Positions 23,364 through 35,154 of a DNA stretch of 64,000 nucleotides are shown in pieces; positions within the stretch are counted from its first letter, which is position 1, and each line of letters starts with the position of its first letter. The notes under the pieces were generated by a model. It worked only from the letters and a program-made list of their open reading frames with translations. It made no database searches and was not told the DNA's origin. Where the stretch lies: NCBI RefSeq assembly GCF_018350175.1, contig NC_058383.1:7874001-7938000 (forward strand), given 5' to 3'. A program made the position numbers and the translations under genes. This stretch comes from Felis catus. Lineage: Eukaryota.

Positions 23364-24900
23364 CTGCCACCTGCCCTCCCTCTCCCTCCCTCGGAGCCGA
23401 GACCCGGAGACCCCGGGGCCCAGACGGGTTCCAGTGACAGACGCCGACAGACGGACAGACACACGGTGACACGACCGAAAGACCCGCCGCGGCGGAGCAG
23501 ACACGCACAGTGTCAGACGGACAGAAGCTGCGGAGACACACGCAGACGGACACTCGCATGCAGTGACAGCTCCAGACAGAGACCGACATTCACAGACGGA
23601 CGGACACACGCTCGGACACACTGACAACCTCAGTCGGGGCTGGGGCTGAATAAGTGAACATCCTTGGCCACGACACGGGAGGTGGGGGTGGCACGGGAGG
23701 ACTGGCACGTTGAAAGTGTGGCTGAGGACCCCCTTAGGGGAGAAAAGGTGACGTGCGACACTCCTGGGGGATGAGGGCACACCTGTGGGAATGAAGATGA
23801 GACCATGAGATCACGAGTGGAAATGAAGGGGGGGCCCACGGAAGAAGACCCTCGGGGGGGGGGAGGGAGGGGTGACTCGGGGACACCCCAGAAGGCCAAA
23901 CGTGGTGGCGCGCGCAAGGCTGCGGGGCGAGGCCGCACTCCGCTGCCGCAGTGGAAACTTCCGGAACCCCCGCGGGTGGGTTTGCACTGGTTCCCTGACG
24001 GGTGACCTGGGACTTTCGTCACCAGGGTCCGGTCGGGGCATGACATCACCAGACCAGGCTCTCATTGGCCGCCGCGGCCAGCAGGTGGGAGCGGCCTGGA
24101 CCCGGAGCCCCCAGCCTGATCGGTAGGGCCTGAGCGGCCAGGACCCCCACGACCCACCCTCCGGAGGGTCACCCATGGGAACAGTGCGGCCGCGGCGGCG
24201 TCCCCACGCCCGAGGTGAGGGTGGCAAAGGCGCGCCGCGGTGTGCCCGCAGGAGAGCGCCGCGCGGAGAGGCCTTCCACTCCCGGAGCGTTGGGCTCAGG
24301 CGCCCACGGCCCACTGCGTGGGAGACCGGCCGGCGCGGGCGAGCGTCGGGGCGTGCGTGCGCGCGGCGGTGCGGGGTTTTGCGCGGGGCGTGCGGGCGCG
24401 CGCACGTTGACTCGGGCGCCCAGCGCCCCGCAGCGTCCCGGCCCGCGGCCGCTGGTCCGCTGCAGCTAAGGGTCGGCGTCCCCGGGTCTCCGGGGCGGGC
24501 GGGCGGGCGGGGGGGGTCTCCGGGGGGGTCCCCCGAATCCAGAGACGTTCCCTGCCCCGGGCTGCGCAGTCCTGGCTCTCCAAGCTGGATGCCCCCTCCT
24601 GCCTCCCTCCCCCGGCGCCTGCCAGTCACGCGGGAAGCGACCGCCCCAGGCCCGGCGACCCGCGCTGGGTCCCCTCTCCGCTCTCGCACGACGGCCGCCA
24701 GGTGGCGCCAAAAGGAGCCTCTTCGGGCCTCGGAGACCGGGATGGGGCGCGGGGTGCGGCGATTAACCTCACCACGGTCTGTTCCCACCGTGTTCACTTT
24801 CTGCCCTCCGCTCTTTACGCACCCCAAATACCCCGCGTGGACACCGAGGTTCCCTACATCCGGCTTTCAACGTCCTGGCCCCACTGGTGGAGAGCTCCCC
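23364..24900 (-). promoter_or_regulatory. ACHE: ACHE CpG-island promoter region with alternative first exons
   Basis: Very CpG-dense; palindromic N-box TTCCGGAA 23959-23966, CRE-like TGACATCA 24041-24048, minus-strand CCAAT near 24064-24068. Confidence 0.75.
23887..24046 (-). other. ACHE: Homolog of the N-AChE (N-terminally extended) alternative first exon
   Basis: MSCPDRTLVTKVPGHPSGNQCKPTRGGSGSFHCGSGVRPRPAALRAPPRLAFW closely resembles the human N-AChE extension as recalled; donor GGG|GTGTCC at 23887 is inferred. Confidence 0.7.
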
Positions 24901-25139
24901 ATGGTTGCAAACCACGTCCCCAGTTCCCCTCCCTAAAGAGCAGGCATAGGGCTGTGGGTTTGGGTAAGGGGCAGAAACATGGACAGTCGGTGTTGCTGAG
25001 GGAGAAAAGACTCCGAGGCAGGTTTCTGAGCGCAGGCGTCTCACCTGACTTTTCAAATCATGAGGCCCTAAGGAGGTCAGGGACCACGTTAGTTATGAGC
25101 TAGTGATACCTTACGTGACTCGGAAGGTGAAAGGACAAG

Positions 25140-25297
25140 GCACGGTTCGTGGGGTCGAGCCTCGCGATGGGCTCTGAGCTGGCAGCGTGGAGCCTGCTTG
25201 GGAGTCTCTCTCTCCCCCTCTCTCCCTGCTCCTCCCCTGCTCGTGCTCGCTCGCTCTCTCCCTCTCTGTCTCTCAAAATAAATAACAAACATTAAAG
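25140..25297 (+). mobile_element. 5'-truncated CAN-SINE
   Basis: GGAGCCTGCTTGGGAGTCTCTC, TC tract, AAATAAATAA tail. Confidence 0.85.
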
Positions 25298-25629
25298 AAG
25301 GAGAGAATGTCTAATCAGAGGAATCTACGAGTCTGCATGGAGTCCCAGGGCATGCAGTTCCTGGGCCTGCGTAGTCCGTGCGGCTAGGGTTCTATGGCTG
25401 CAAGAGGATCTGAGAGATGTTCTGAGGGGCCACAGGTGTGTCCTCAGCCTGAGGTTTGTCCCAGGATTGTGAGGATGGAGGAGGCCATGCAGATTGTGTC
25501 CCATCTCAGACAGTCTTTAAATTAGCAAGGAGCCACCTGAGAGAGCCAGGATAGAGGATCCACATGGCAGTAGAGTCAACCTTGGCCTGCAGGTCTTGAT
25601 TCCTGGGTTCTCGCCCAGTGCTCTGCTGT

Positions 25630-25695
25630 CAGGGAGACTTCTGGGAAGTCCCACTCCTCGTCTGGGCCTCAGTCTCCCCATGTGTAAAATGGTGG
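25630..25695. mobile_element. MIR core fragment
   Basis: CTGGGCCTCAGTCTCCCCATGTGTAAAATGG resembles the MIR core. Confidence 0.5.
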
Positions 25696-26468
25696 GTTGG
25701 ACTTGAGTGTCCATCGGAATCACGAGGACCACCAGAGGGACTGATCCATCTGGGGTTGGGTGGCGTCCTTAACGTGTGCGGTTTTAGTAAGTCGTTAGGA
25801 CAGTCCCGTGAGGGTGGTCTGAGGCTCACAGGAGGAGCATTCTGGACCAGGTGTCCCCGCAGTCAGTCCAAACTGACCTTTTGAGGACCAACAGCCTGTG
25901 TGGGTCAGAAGAAGGTGCTGCTGGCCAGTCAACAGGTACATGGGCTAACAGGGACGCCCTTGGCCACAAAGGGAGATGGTCACAGATTTGAGCCTGTTCT
26001 TAAAAATGCATAGAAATTTCAGGAACGTTCCTCTTTTACCTTGAGCTTCTCCCTAACCTTTAACACAGGGACCTCACCTATCTAGCCACGACACCTTTCC
26101 CTATATGGTTCGACATAGTAACCTCCCCCGCATCCTCTCTGACCCCACCCTCCACAGCTGTCACCACAGGGGTGTCCTTGATTCTCCCATGGAAGAATCT
26201 GTTCATCCAGGAGTCAGCCTTGCATCGACCACCGGTCACACACACTGCACTTTGGTTTATAGTGCATTGGCCAGAACTTAATCCTAAGGTCGTAACTGGC
26301 TACGCCAGATGGTCAGAGATGTAGTTTTTGTTCTACGTATTCACCTAAAACTTGGCGGTTCTAATACTAAGGGAGGAAAGGGAGCGGACGCTGGGGGATA
26401 GCCGTCCTCTGCCAAGCCCACAATGCCTGCCTTTGCCTCCTTTAGTGTAGGACTGAAACACACTTCTA

Positions 26469-26646
26469 CTTTTTAAAAAATATTTATTTGTGAGAGGGGG
26501 AGGGGCAGAGAGGGAGGCGGACAGAGGATTGGAAGCAGACTCTGTGCTGACAGCCAAGAGCCCGACTCGGGGCTCGAACCCACAAACCACGAGATAACGA
26601 CCTGAGCCGAAGTCGATGCTTAACCGACTGAGCCACCCAGGCGTCC
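26469..26646 (-). mobile_element. CAN-SINE with 16-bp TSD
   Basis: CTGAAACACACTTCTA at 26453-26468 and 26647-26662. Confidence 0.93.
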
Positions 26647-26663
26647 CTGAAACACACTTCTAA

Positions 26664-27050
26664 AATGCAATTTGCAACAACGTGGATGGAACTAGAATGT
26701 ATTATGCTAAGCGGAATAAGTCAGAGAAAGACAGATAGCATATGATTTCACTCGTGGAATTTAAGAAACACAACAGAGGAACATAGGGGTAGGGAAGGAA
26801 AAATAAGGTAAAACAGAGAGGGAGGCAAACCATTAAGAGACTCTTAAATACAGAGAAGGAACTGAGGGTTGCTGGAGGGGAGGCGGGGGGGGGCATGGGC
26901 TAAATGGGTGATGAGTATTAAGGAGGGCACTTGTCGGGATGAACACTGTGTGTTATACGCAAGTGATAAATCACTAAATTCTACTCCTGAAACCATTATT
27001 ACACTATGTATTAGTTAACTTGGGATTTAAATAAAAATTTTAAAAAAGGA
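26664..27050 (+). mobile_element. Carnivore LINE-1 3' end
   Basis: ATTTGCAACAACGTGGATGGAACTAGA...ATGCTAAGCGGAATAAGTCAGAGAAAGAC, G-rich tract, AAATAAAAA tail. Confidence 0.9.
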
Positions 27051-27162
27051 AAACGAAAAAGGGCTCAACTCTGGCATGGCGCCCCCAACATCTTCTCTCA
27101 TCCCACCGCACATCTTCCCACCGCACTCTGTGATTTTTGTGGGCCGTGACCCCCTGCTCCAG

Positions 27163-27234
27163 CTGCTTTCCCACGGAAACGACTGTTTCCCACGCCATCC
27201 GCTGGAGGGCGCTGGTCGGGAGGCTGAGGCCCTG

Positions 27235-27282
<48 letters not shown>

Positions 27283-27420
27283 GCGTTGAGCGTCTTCGTC
27301 GCGAGCTTCCAGAGAAGGGGCGGCCAAGGCGAGAGCGCGCGGGGGGGGGGGGCGGCAAAGGGGTCCCAGACACGCGGCGGCCCGGCTCTGGCGACGCAGC
27401 GCCCAGACCCGGGTCCTCCC
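27163..27420 (+). pseudogene. Isolated MUC3-like transmembrane-exon relic (copy A)
   Basis: GTGACCCCCTGCTCCAG|CTGCTTTCCCACGGA matches the copy-B acceptor at 46444-46475; RWRALVG, poly-Leu, VALSVFV; shared intronic GCGGCAAAGGGGTCCC; frameshift, deletion, donor GC. Confidence 0.85.
27232..27279 (+). repeat. CTG trinucleotide repeat: CTGCTGTTG(CTG)13
   Basis: Counted directly; pure run 27241-27279. Confidence 0.97.
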
Positions 27421-29039
27421 ACCCTCCCCGCGTGCAGAGCAAGGCGGGGGTTGTTGGTCCCGGATGTCCTCAGGGGCTGCCCCCTCCTAAGGCTGGGGGG
27501 CGCCAGATGAGGCCACTGCCCCATCCCCATTCAGCGGGGTCCTTGACCTGAAGAGTGGGGGCATGAGCCTCGCAAGACACTTTCCTCCCCTCGCTCCACC
27601 CCATCCTGTGACCCCTTCTGAAGACTGGCCTAAAATGCATACTTGATCCAAGTTACACGAGTTCACATGATTCCTGCTCAGAATCGCCCATCCACCCTAT
27701 TTGTACCTTTTTCCTCTTTTGCCAGTTTTGAGCATTTCACACAACGTAGAGCCTGTCTCTGGATAGACTCGTTTTATTGTCACAGCTCTGTGAAATATTT
27801 AACCGCTTTTTAGTATTCCCTATGCAGTTAACCAAACATCCTTTGGCTTATTCTCACCCCCTTTCTGGCTGGGGGGAGGGTGGAGTGGGGGTGGCATATC
27901 CTTGTGCCGCCGGATTGGGTGATTACAGACATCAGTCCGCTTCTCGGGGTTGATCTCTGCTGGTGAGCTGTAATGGTTCCCAAAGGAGTCACATGTGTTA
28001 TTTCAGCGGGAGTGCATTTAGCCCCACGTTTACCATTTATCTGCCCTGATGTCAGAACCTCAGAGCAACTCAGGATCCTCAAAGGAGCTCAGCATCCACC
28101 TGACGGGGTCTCTGGTGTCCTGATCCGCTCCCTGCTCAGATCCTGGTTCCACACAGGCACCAGCCACCACGGATGCTGGTTTTGGTTTAAATGTTAGCAA
28201 GGCATGTTGGATGACTCCTGGGAAACAGCTGGTGAGGTCGCCCTGGGTACTGTCTGCGTTTGGCACCCAGGGGGCTCCTGAAAACATTCCCAGCTGCTCC
28301 CGGCTGCCCTGCAGATATCAGCCAGCCAGTGAGAGCCATCCCAGGGCAGAGGTTCCTTGGATGAACCTGGCTGTGGTTCCAGTGACAGGAAGCATCAGAC
28401 ACACAAGTTGGGGGGAGGGCTTTCTGGGATCCCTCATCTTGTCTGGGGACAGCGCAGGCTGGCTGCAAGGTCGGCTGTATGGCCAGCGGTCCTGTGGACA
28501 GCTGGAGCCCCGGGGTGAATATCCACAATACTGGGGACACCAGAGTGGGGTCGGTGAGTGGCCCAGACCCAGCGTTATGTCCACATTAGTGTTTACTGGG
28601 GGCTTGTAGTTTAGCAGCCGCTGGCCCCGATGCTTTGCTAAACGTTTAATTCTGGCTGATGACGTTTGCAGTGGCCGGGTGTACCTGTTCTTTATCCTTG
28701 GAATGGAACAGTCGGGAAATCGAAACTGATGCACACGGAGGTTACGTTTTTGCTTACGTCCTCAGCTGATAAGTGGAGGCCCTGGATTCAGATTGAGAAC
28801 TCTGTCCTGTGATAGGGTTGGCTTGCTTTGGAGTCACTCGTCTTTTCTGTGACTTCCAGGTAATTAACTCCCGGCGTCCAAGACAAGAAAAAGCGTGGGG
28901 CAGGTCTCTGCACAAGTCTCCTGTGCTTCCTGGACACTTCCTCCCTGCCTCCCACTCTCCAGAGACCACCTCCCTTCTGTCCCTCCTCCCTCGCCCTCCA
29001 TTTCTCTCCCTCCCTCTCAGGCCTCACTCGGGTCTGGGT

Positions 29040-29548
29040 GAGAGGCCCCAGCAAGTGGGGACGGGGCAGAGAGTGAGGGAGAGAGAGAATCCCAAGCAGG
29101 CTCTGCTCCGTCAGTGCAGAGCCCGATGTGGGGCTTGAATCCGTGAAACTGTGAGATCATGACCTGAGCCGAAACCAAGAGTCAGGGGCTTAACCAACTG
29201 AGCCACCCAGGTACCCCTTTAATGTTTATTTTTGAGAGAGAGAGAGAGGATGGGGGGAAAGAGATAAAGAGGGAGAGAACAGGGCACAAACGGGAGGGGC
29301 AGAGAGAGAGGGAGACAAAGAATCCAAAGCAGGCTCCAGGCTCTGAGCTGTCAGCACAGAGCCCGATGTGGGGCTCCAGCTCACAAACTGCGAGGCCATG
29401 ACCTGAGCCAAAGTTGGACGCTTAACACACCTAGGTGCCCCTCAACTTCTTTTTTAAAAAGTAAGGTCTACACCCGATGTGGGGCTCAAACCCACGACCC
29501 TGAGCTCAAGGGTCGCATGCTCTACCAACTGACCCAGCCGGGAGCCCC
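29040..29548 (-). mobile_element. Three stacked SINEs (29040-29218, 29221-29442, 29450-29548)
   Basis: Repeated GAGATCATGACCTGAGC-like and CCAGGT(A/G)CCCC motifs, GA tracts, T tails. Confidence 0.88.
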
Positions 29549-30669
29549 CATAAATTCTTAAATAAACAAACAAAGCTAGGAGAAAACGTGTGCTTTACAG
29601 AAGTAACTTTTCCAACCCGAAAACAAACCAACCCAAACCAAAGCAGACTTTGGAAACAACAAGATTGTAAGTAACAGGAAGTAAAAACTGAGTGGCTGCT
29701 TATAGCCTTTGCTACTCAGCAAATGGTTCATCAGTTTGGTTCAAAGCTTCAATCGTATTTTAAGTGAGTGTTTACTGTTCAGTATTCTGTTGATACTCAT
29801 GGCGCCCCCAGTATTTATACGAAAGCAGTGGCTGTTCCTGGACTGACTGTGGGGTAGGCGTGTGTTAACAGAACTTTCTGAGACACCAGGCTCTGGAAGA
29901 AAACTAGACAAGAGGGAAGAAATAAATGTCAGCGAGAGGTAAGACTCAATTTCCCTGATTTGATACCACTTTGTTGAACCATCAGAAAAGTCCTCAACCT
30001 AACCTGGACTGCCTCGCACCCAATCGTCAGAAGTCAATGATCATATGAGAAATGTTTGCATAAACTTTTTGTGAGTTTTTTTTTTTTTAAACTCTATAAA
30101 TGGTGCCATTCATTTCTCTAACTTAACATAAGCATTTTCTCTTAAGGGGATAAAGCCTATGCTTAAGTTTACTAGGACCTTTGTTCTCTTTGGAATCAGA
30201 AACAATAGCATATGAGGTCATATTATCTTCGGGAAACTGGCAAGCCGTTGCCCTCTCGTTCCCTCCCTGGACTTCCCTTTCTCAAGCCAGAGTGTTTATA
30301 TTAAGTCATAAAGCCTGGGATGAATTTATAGAAACTGTATTAAAGCAGGAGTGATAAAGTGAGATTACCAATAAGAAAGTTAAAAACAGAACTGGCTGGT
30401 ACTTGGAAATGTTACTTTATGGTCTTAGGTTCCTGAGTAGCGTGAGCAGAGCACTTGATTTTATTCTAGGAATCACTCTGCATGCATAAAACAAACAAGG
30501 AAGGAGAGAGGGAGAGACACGCAGAGAGAGAGATTAATGGGGAAAGTTACACACGGCATAAACCTCCCCTGGAAACAGAAGTTTCAAAAACCATTTTGAA
30601 AACCATTTTACCCATGACAATCCTGAGTCATAGACATACCACAGACATACAGATGACCGCCAGGCACAG

Positions 30670-32202
30670 GAAAAGCTGCTCAATATCACTCGTCAGGAAA
30701 ATGCAAATCAAAACCACAATGAGAGCTCATCTCACACCTGTTAGAACAGCTGTCCTCAAAAACACAGGAAATAACAAGTGCTGGCGAGGATGCAGGGAAA
30801 AGGAAACCCATGTGCACTGTGGGTGGGGGCGTAAATTAAATTGGTGGAGCTGCTCTGGAAACAGGATGGAGGTCCCTCAAAAAATGAAAAATAGAACTAA
30901 CATAGAGTCCAGCAATCCCACTTCTGGGTATTTATTAAAGGAAACAAAAACACTAACTTGAAAAGATATCTGCACCCCTCCCTTCACCCGTTATTTGCAG
31001 TGTTATTCACAATGACCAAGACATGGGAACAACATGGGCTCCTGGGTGGCTCAGTCAGTTGAGCTTCTGACTCCTGGTTTTTGCTCAGGTCATGATCCCA
31101 GGGTCATGGGATTGAACCCTGCATCAGGCTCCACACTGAGCACTGATCCTGCTCAAGTCTCTCTCTCTCTGCCCCTCTCCCTGGCTCGTGCTCTCTCTCA
31201 AATAAAAAAAATAATAAAAAATAAAAGTTGCTAAAAGTATACATAAAAAAAAAAGACAAGGGGCGCCTGGGCGGTTAAGCGTCCAACTTTGGCTCAGGTC
31301 ATGATCTAACGGCTTGTGAGTTCGAGCCCTGCATCGGGCTCTGTGCTGACAGCTCGGAGCCTGGAGCCTGAATCGGATTCTGTGTCATCCTCTCTTTCTC
31401 TGCCCCTCCTCCACTCGTGCTCTGTCTCTGTCTCTCTCAAANNNNNNNNNNNNNNNNNNNNNNNNNNNNNNNNNNNNNNNNNNNNNNNNNNNNNNNNNNN
31501 NNNNNNNNNNNNNNNNNNNNNNNNNNNNNNNNNNNNNNNNNNNNNNNNNNNNNNNNNNNNNNNNNNNNNNNNNNNNNNNNNNNNNNNNNNNNNNNNNNNN
31601 NNNNNNNNNNNNNNNNNNNNNNNNNNNNNNNTAAGTGAAACATAACTCAGAGAAAGACAGGTAGCATATGATCTCACTTATATGTAGAATCTAAAAAAAC
31701 CAACAAAACAAAACTGATCTCATAATGCAGAGAACAAATTGGTGGTTGCCAAAGGTGGGGGGTGGAGCGGAGGGAGGGTGAAATGAGTAAAGGTCAAAAG
31801 GTACAAACTTCCAGTTACAAATAAGGAAGTCCTGGGGCACCTGGGTGACTCAGTTGGTTGAGCGTCCAACTTTGGCTCAGGTCATGATCTTGCGGTTCGT
31901 GAGTTCGAGCCCCACATCAGACTCACTGCTGTCAGGCTGTCAGTGCAGAGCCCGCTTCAGATCCTCTGTTCCCCTCTCTCTGCCACTCCTCACTTGCACT
32001 CTCCCAAAAATAAATAAATATTAAAAAAATAGAAATATTAAAAAAAAAAAGTAAGTCCTGGGGATGGGACCATGTGACATGGTTAGCAATACTGAACTGT
32101 GTATTTGACAGTTGCTAAGAGCGTGGGTCTCAGAAGTTCTCATCACAAGAAAAAGATGTGTATGTAGCAATGGATGTTAACTACACTCGTGTGGTAATCA
32201 TT

Positions 32203-32205
<3 letters not shown>
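30670..32205 (+). mobile_element. Old LINE-1 (ORF2 C-terminus plus 3' UTR) interrupted by three SINEs (31035-31255, 31260 into gap, 31835-32052)
   Basis: ATGCAAATCAAAACCACAATGAG..., decayed KMQIKTTMR...HCGW motif, CCAGCAATCCCACTTCTGGGTAT; L1 3' UTR resumes at 31632 and 32055. Confidence 0.88.
31442..31631. other. Assembly gap (190 N)
   Basis: N run starting at a SINE tail. Confidence 0.99.

Positions 32206-32206
<1 letters not shown>

Positions 32207-32248
<42 letters not shown>
32207..32248. repeat. (TA)21 microsatellite
   Basis: Counted directly. Confidence 0.97.
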
Positions 32249-32249
<1 letters not shown>

Positions 32250-32251
<2 letters not shown>

Positions 32252-32565
32252 CCCCATCTCCCACCATTACTGATGCGGGGCTTGAACTCACAAACTGTGA
32301 GATTATGACCTGAGCTAAAGTCGGAGGCTCAACTGACTGAGCCACCCAGGCGCCCCTCTTCTTGTTTTAAAAGTTTATTTACTTATTTTGAGAGCGAGAG
32401 AGAGTGTGAGCTCAAGTGGGGGGAGGGGGCAGAGAGTCAGGGGGGAGAGAGAGAATTCCACAGAGCCTGACGCGGGGCTTGAACCTATACACTGCTAGAT
32501 CATGATCTGAGCCAAAACCAAGAGTTGGATGCTTAACCGACTGAGCCCCCCCACCCCCCGGCACC
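32250..32565 (-). mobile_element. Two SINEs (32250-32355, 32358-32565)
   Basis: Diagnostic CAN-SINE motifs on the minus strand. Confidence 0.85.
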
Positions 32566-32972
32566 CTTGTCTTAATCTCTTCTACAAAGTGTCTAGAAAT
32601 GACACCAGATGTTACCGTCTCTGCTCCTCACACCATGCCACATATTCACACAGGACCCCATGTTGAAGGTACCTCCTTCCCACTTCCAGGGCTTCTGTGA
32701 GCACATTGCCAAATGTCCTCGGTTCTGGGGGAGGGGGCCTCCCCCCACTTTTCTGACATAACTGCAGCGTCCAGTTTCTCCATTATAGGAGTTTCCTCTC
32801 CTTCACTATGGGTAGTTCTCCCATAACCTTGACTACTGGGTTGAGCCCATCGGCACCCCAGATTCTATCATCTCCATTAGCACAGCTCTGAGAAGCACCC
32901 AAAGACCAGCCGGGGACTTGGTCCTATCTGCCAGGGTCGCTGATAAACCACAGCTACCACCAGGATCCCAGC

Positions 32973-33411
32973 TGTGATAGGTTGTCATTGTTCAGTATAT
33001 TTGTTTTCCCTCCCTGGAGTGGATTATATCTCCCCACCCCACTGATAGCAGGCTTGGCATCAGAAGCGTGGTGCCTCTCCCCGAGGAGACATTCCTGTCC
33101 TTCAAACTCAGGGCGACTCGCTTTGTGACTTGCTTTGGCCAACAGAGTGTGCGTGGAAGGTATGAGGGTCATGTCTGCAAAGAAGCCTTAGGAGCCAGCC
33201 CATGGCTTTGTCATCTGTCATTTCGCACTGCTATGCTATGAGACTGCAGTGTCCCAGATAGGGGCTGCTCCGTCAGCCTGGGTCCCTGAGTGAAGAGCAC
33301 AGACTTTAGGGTGGACGAGGAGAATGAGTGAGAAAGAAACCTTTGCTGCGTAAGCCACTGGGTCTTCAGGATTGTTTATCTCAGCATCACCTGGTGTCTC
33401 CTGACTAATCA
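32973..33411 (+). mobile_element. MaLR solo LTR, MLT1 type (H/I/J-like)
   Basis: TG...CA ends, TGTGACTTGCTTTGGCCAA, GGCTGCTCCGTCAGCCTGGGTCCC, 3' GAGAAAGAAACCTTTGCTGCGTAAGCCACTG...CTGACTAATCA. Subfamily by resemblance only. Confidence 0.8.
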
Positions 33412-33823
33412 CTGGTTCCACTCGTCTCAAAGCCGAGTATCAGCTTTTCACCTGCCATCATCCAAATCGGCGCCCCCTTCCCCACTCATCATGACTTCAG
33501 AGACAACTGTGGTCAGCACCTTGACTCCTACTACCTGACGCCATCCATGATAATTGCTACCACAATTCAGATTATGACACAGTGCAGGGGACGGTGAGCA
33601 CTTTGACCTAACCTCTCCAGCAAGCCTGACTCACTCGCGGGGAGAGAGGGAGTGACCTGCCCTTGGTCTTATTTTTACACTTTGTCCCTAAACATTGGCT
33701 TTTGGGGGGTGGTTCCAGCCTGTACTTTCCCGGATTCGTGTCTTCCCCCAGGTACCTGTGACAATGGTGGGACCTTGGAGAGAGGCCAGTGCCCCTCACT
33801 GTTTTCCCATGAACTGCACTTTA

Positions 33824-34044
33824 TTTTTTTTTTATTTTTTTTTAACGTTTGTTTATTTTTGAGACAGAGAGAGACAGAGCATGAACGGGGGAGGGACAGA
33901 GAGAGGGAGACACAGAATCCAAAACAGGCTCTAGGCTCTGAGCTGTCAGCACAGAGCCCGAAGCGGGGCTCGAACTCACGGACCGCGAGATCATGACCTG
34001 AGCCGAAGTCGGCCGCTTAACCGACTGAGCCACCCAGGCGCCCC
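33824..34044 (-). mobile_element. Young felid CAN-SINE with 14-bp TSD, inside the relic EGF exon
   Basis: TGAACTGCACTTTA at 33810-33823 and 34045-34058. Confidence 0.95.
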
Positions 34045-35092
34045 TGAACTGCACTTTAATGTCACCTGGCCTGTGGGGTGAGGTGCTGGTGCTGGAAAGG
34101 GGTCACTTGGTAGGTGTCACCAATGATGGGGCTAACCTCACTACCCTCAGCCCCAGTCTGCCCACCTCTGCCTCTTCTCCCCAGAAGGCTTCTTGTCTGT
34201 CTCGAACCCTGCCCGGGGCCATTTTCATTTCTGGATGCCCCTCTGGGTCTCGGTTGTACACGCGCGGGCTCCAGAAAGGCTAAATCTGACGCAGTGGCGC
34301 CTCCCAGCCCCAGGGTAGCACGGTGGCACAAGTGGCTGAGGCGGTTGCTGCCGTGTTGCTTCCTTTCCAGGTTTCTCACGAAGCCTGGGGCCCAGCATGG
34401 GGAGGCGACATTCTCCAACGGCAGCAAGGGGACTGCCTCCAGCAGTTTTCGAGGGACTGTCCCTTCCCCTGGTCAGGTGGGGCTCCGCGAGCTCGGGAGG
34501 CAAAGTGGCCACTGCCCCAGCTCAGAATGCACAGGTGTCACCTTCCCCTCCTGGGGAGGCATTCAGATGACTAATACCTGCCACGAAATGATTATTAAGT
34601 GCCACGGGAGAGATGTCGGTAGCAAGCACCATTACATCTCGGGAATGAGAGAGGTCACTTCCTGATCACACATGGCTTCCTGGTGGAGGAGGGAAAGGGT
34701 GGATGGGGAGGAATCAGGGGCCTGATGCTGGGTTGGGACCCATCTCCCCGGGAGCCCGGTGACCCCCTGCAGCAGGGTCCGTTCGCCTCTGTGTCCTCAG
34801 CACAGTGACTGGCATATTGTGCTTTGTGCCCAACACTGGTGCTTGACCATAAATCCCATCCCGCGGAGATTCTTCTGAAAAACAACGAATACCTTTCCGA
34901 AAACAAACGTTTTCGTATTGTGCCAACTGGTCAAAGATGTTAAGAAATCGAAGTGGAGGATTCCAAGAAGGCCTCAGCTCCCTGTGGGCTCCTTCCCCCG
35001 AGCCTCCTCTGCTGGGTTGCTGTCCAGCCCTGGGCACGCCCTCCTCTGGCTGATTTATCTTTTTATTCCTTTGCTCACTTCCCCAACTGGAC

Positions 35093-35154
35093 CACACACA
35101 CGCACGCACACACACACACATACACACACACACGCGCACACACACACACACGCA
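35093..35154. repeat. Imperfect (CA)n/(CG)n microsatellite
   Basis: Seen directly. Confidence 0.9.

Larger units (their letters stand above)
32570..34110 (+). pseudogene. Second MUC3-like relic (copy A'): end of PTS exon plus first EGF exon
   Basis: AAGCACCCAAAGACC matches copy-B AAGCACTCAAAGACC; SKSAPPSPLIMTSETTVVSTLTPTT, donor ACG|GTGAG 33593, acceptor 33751/33752 then GTCDNGGTLERGQC; stops, frameshifts, LTR and SINE insertions. Confidence 0.8.

Noticed and set aside
22656-24936. Long overlapping ORFs (374, 338, 253 aa) in the ACHE promoter
   Set aside because: CpG-island artefacts rich in R/G/P/A, some bridged by N gaps; only the N-AChE-like segment is supported.
27040-27327. Antisense poly-Gln ORF
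   Set aside because: Reverse reading of the CTG repeat in the relic TM exon; no other support.
30482-30961. 159-aa ORF
   Set aside because: Its second half is decayed L1 ORF2 C-terminus with frameshifts.
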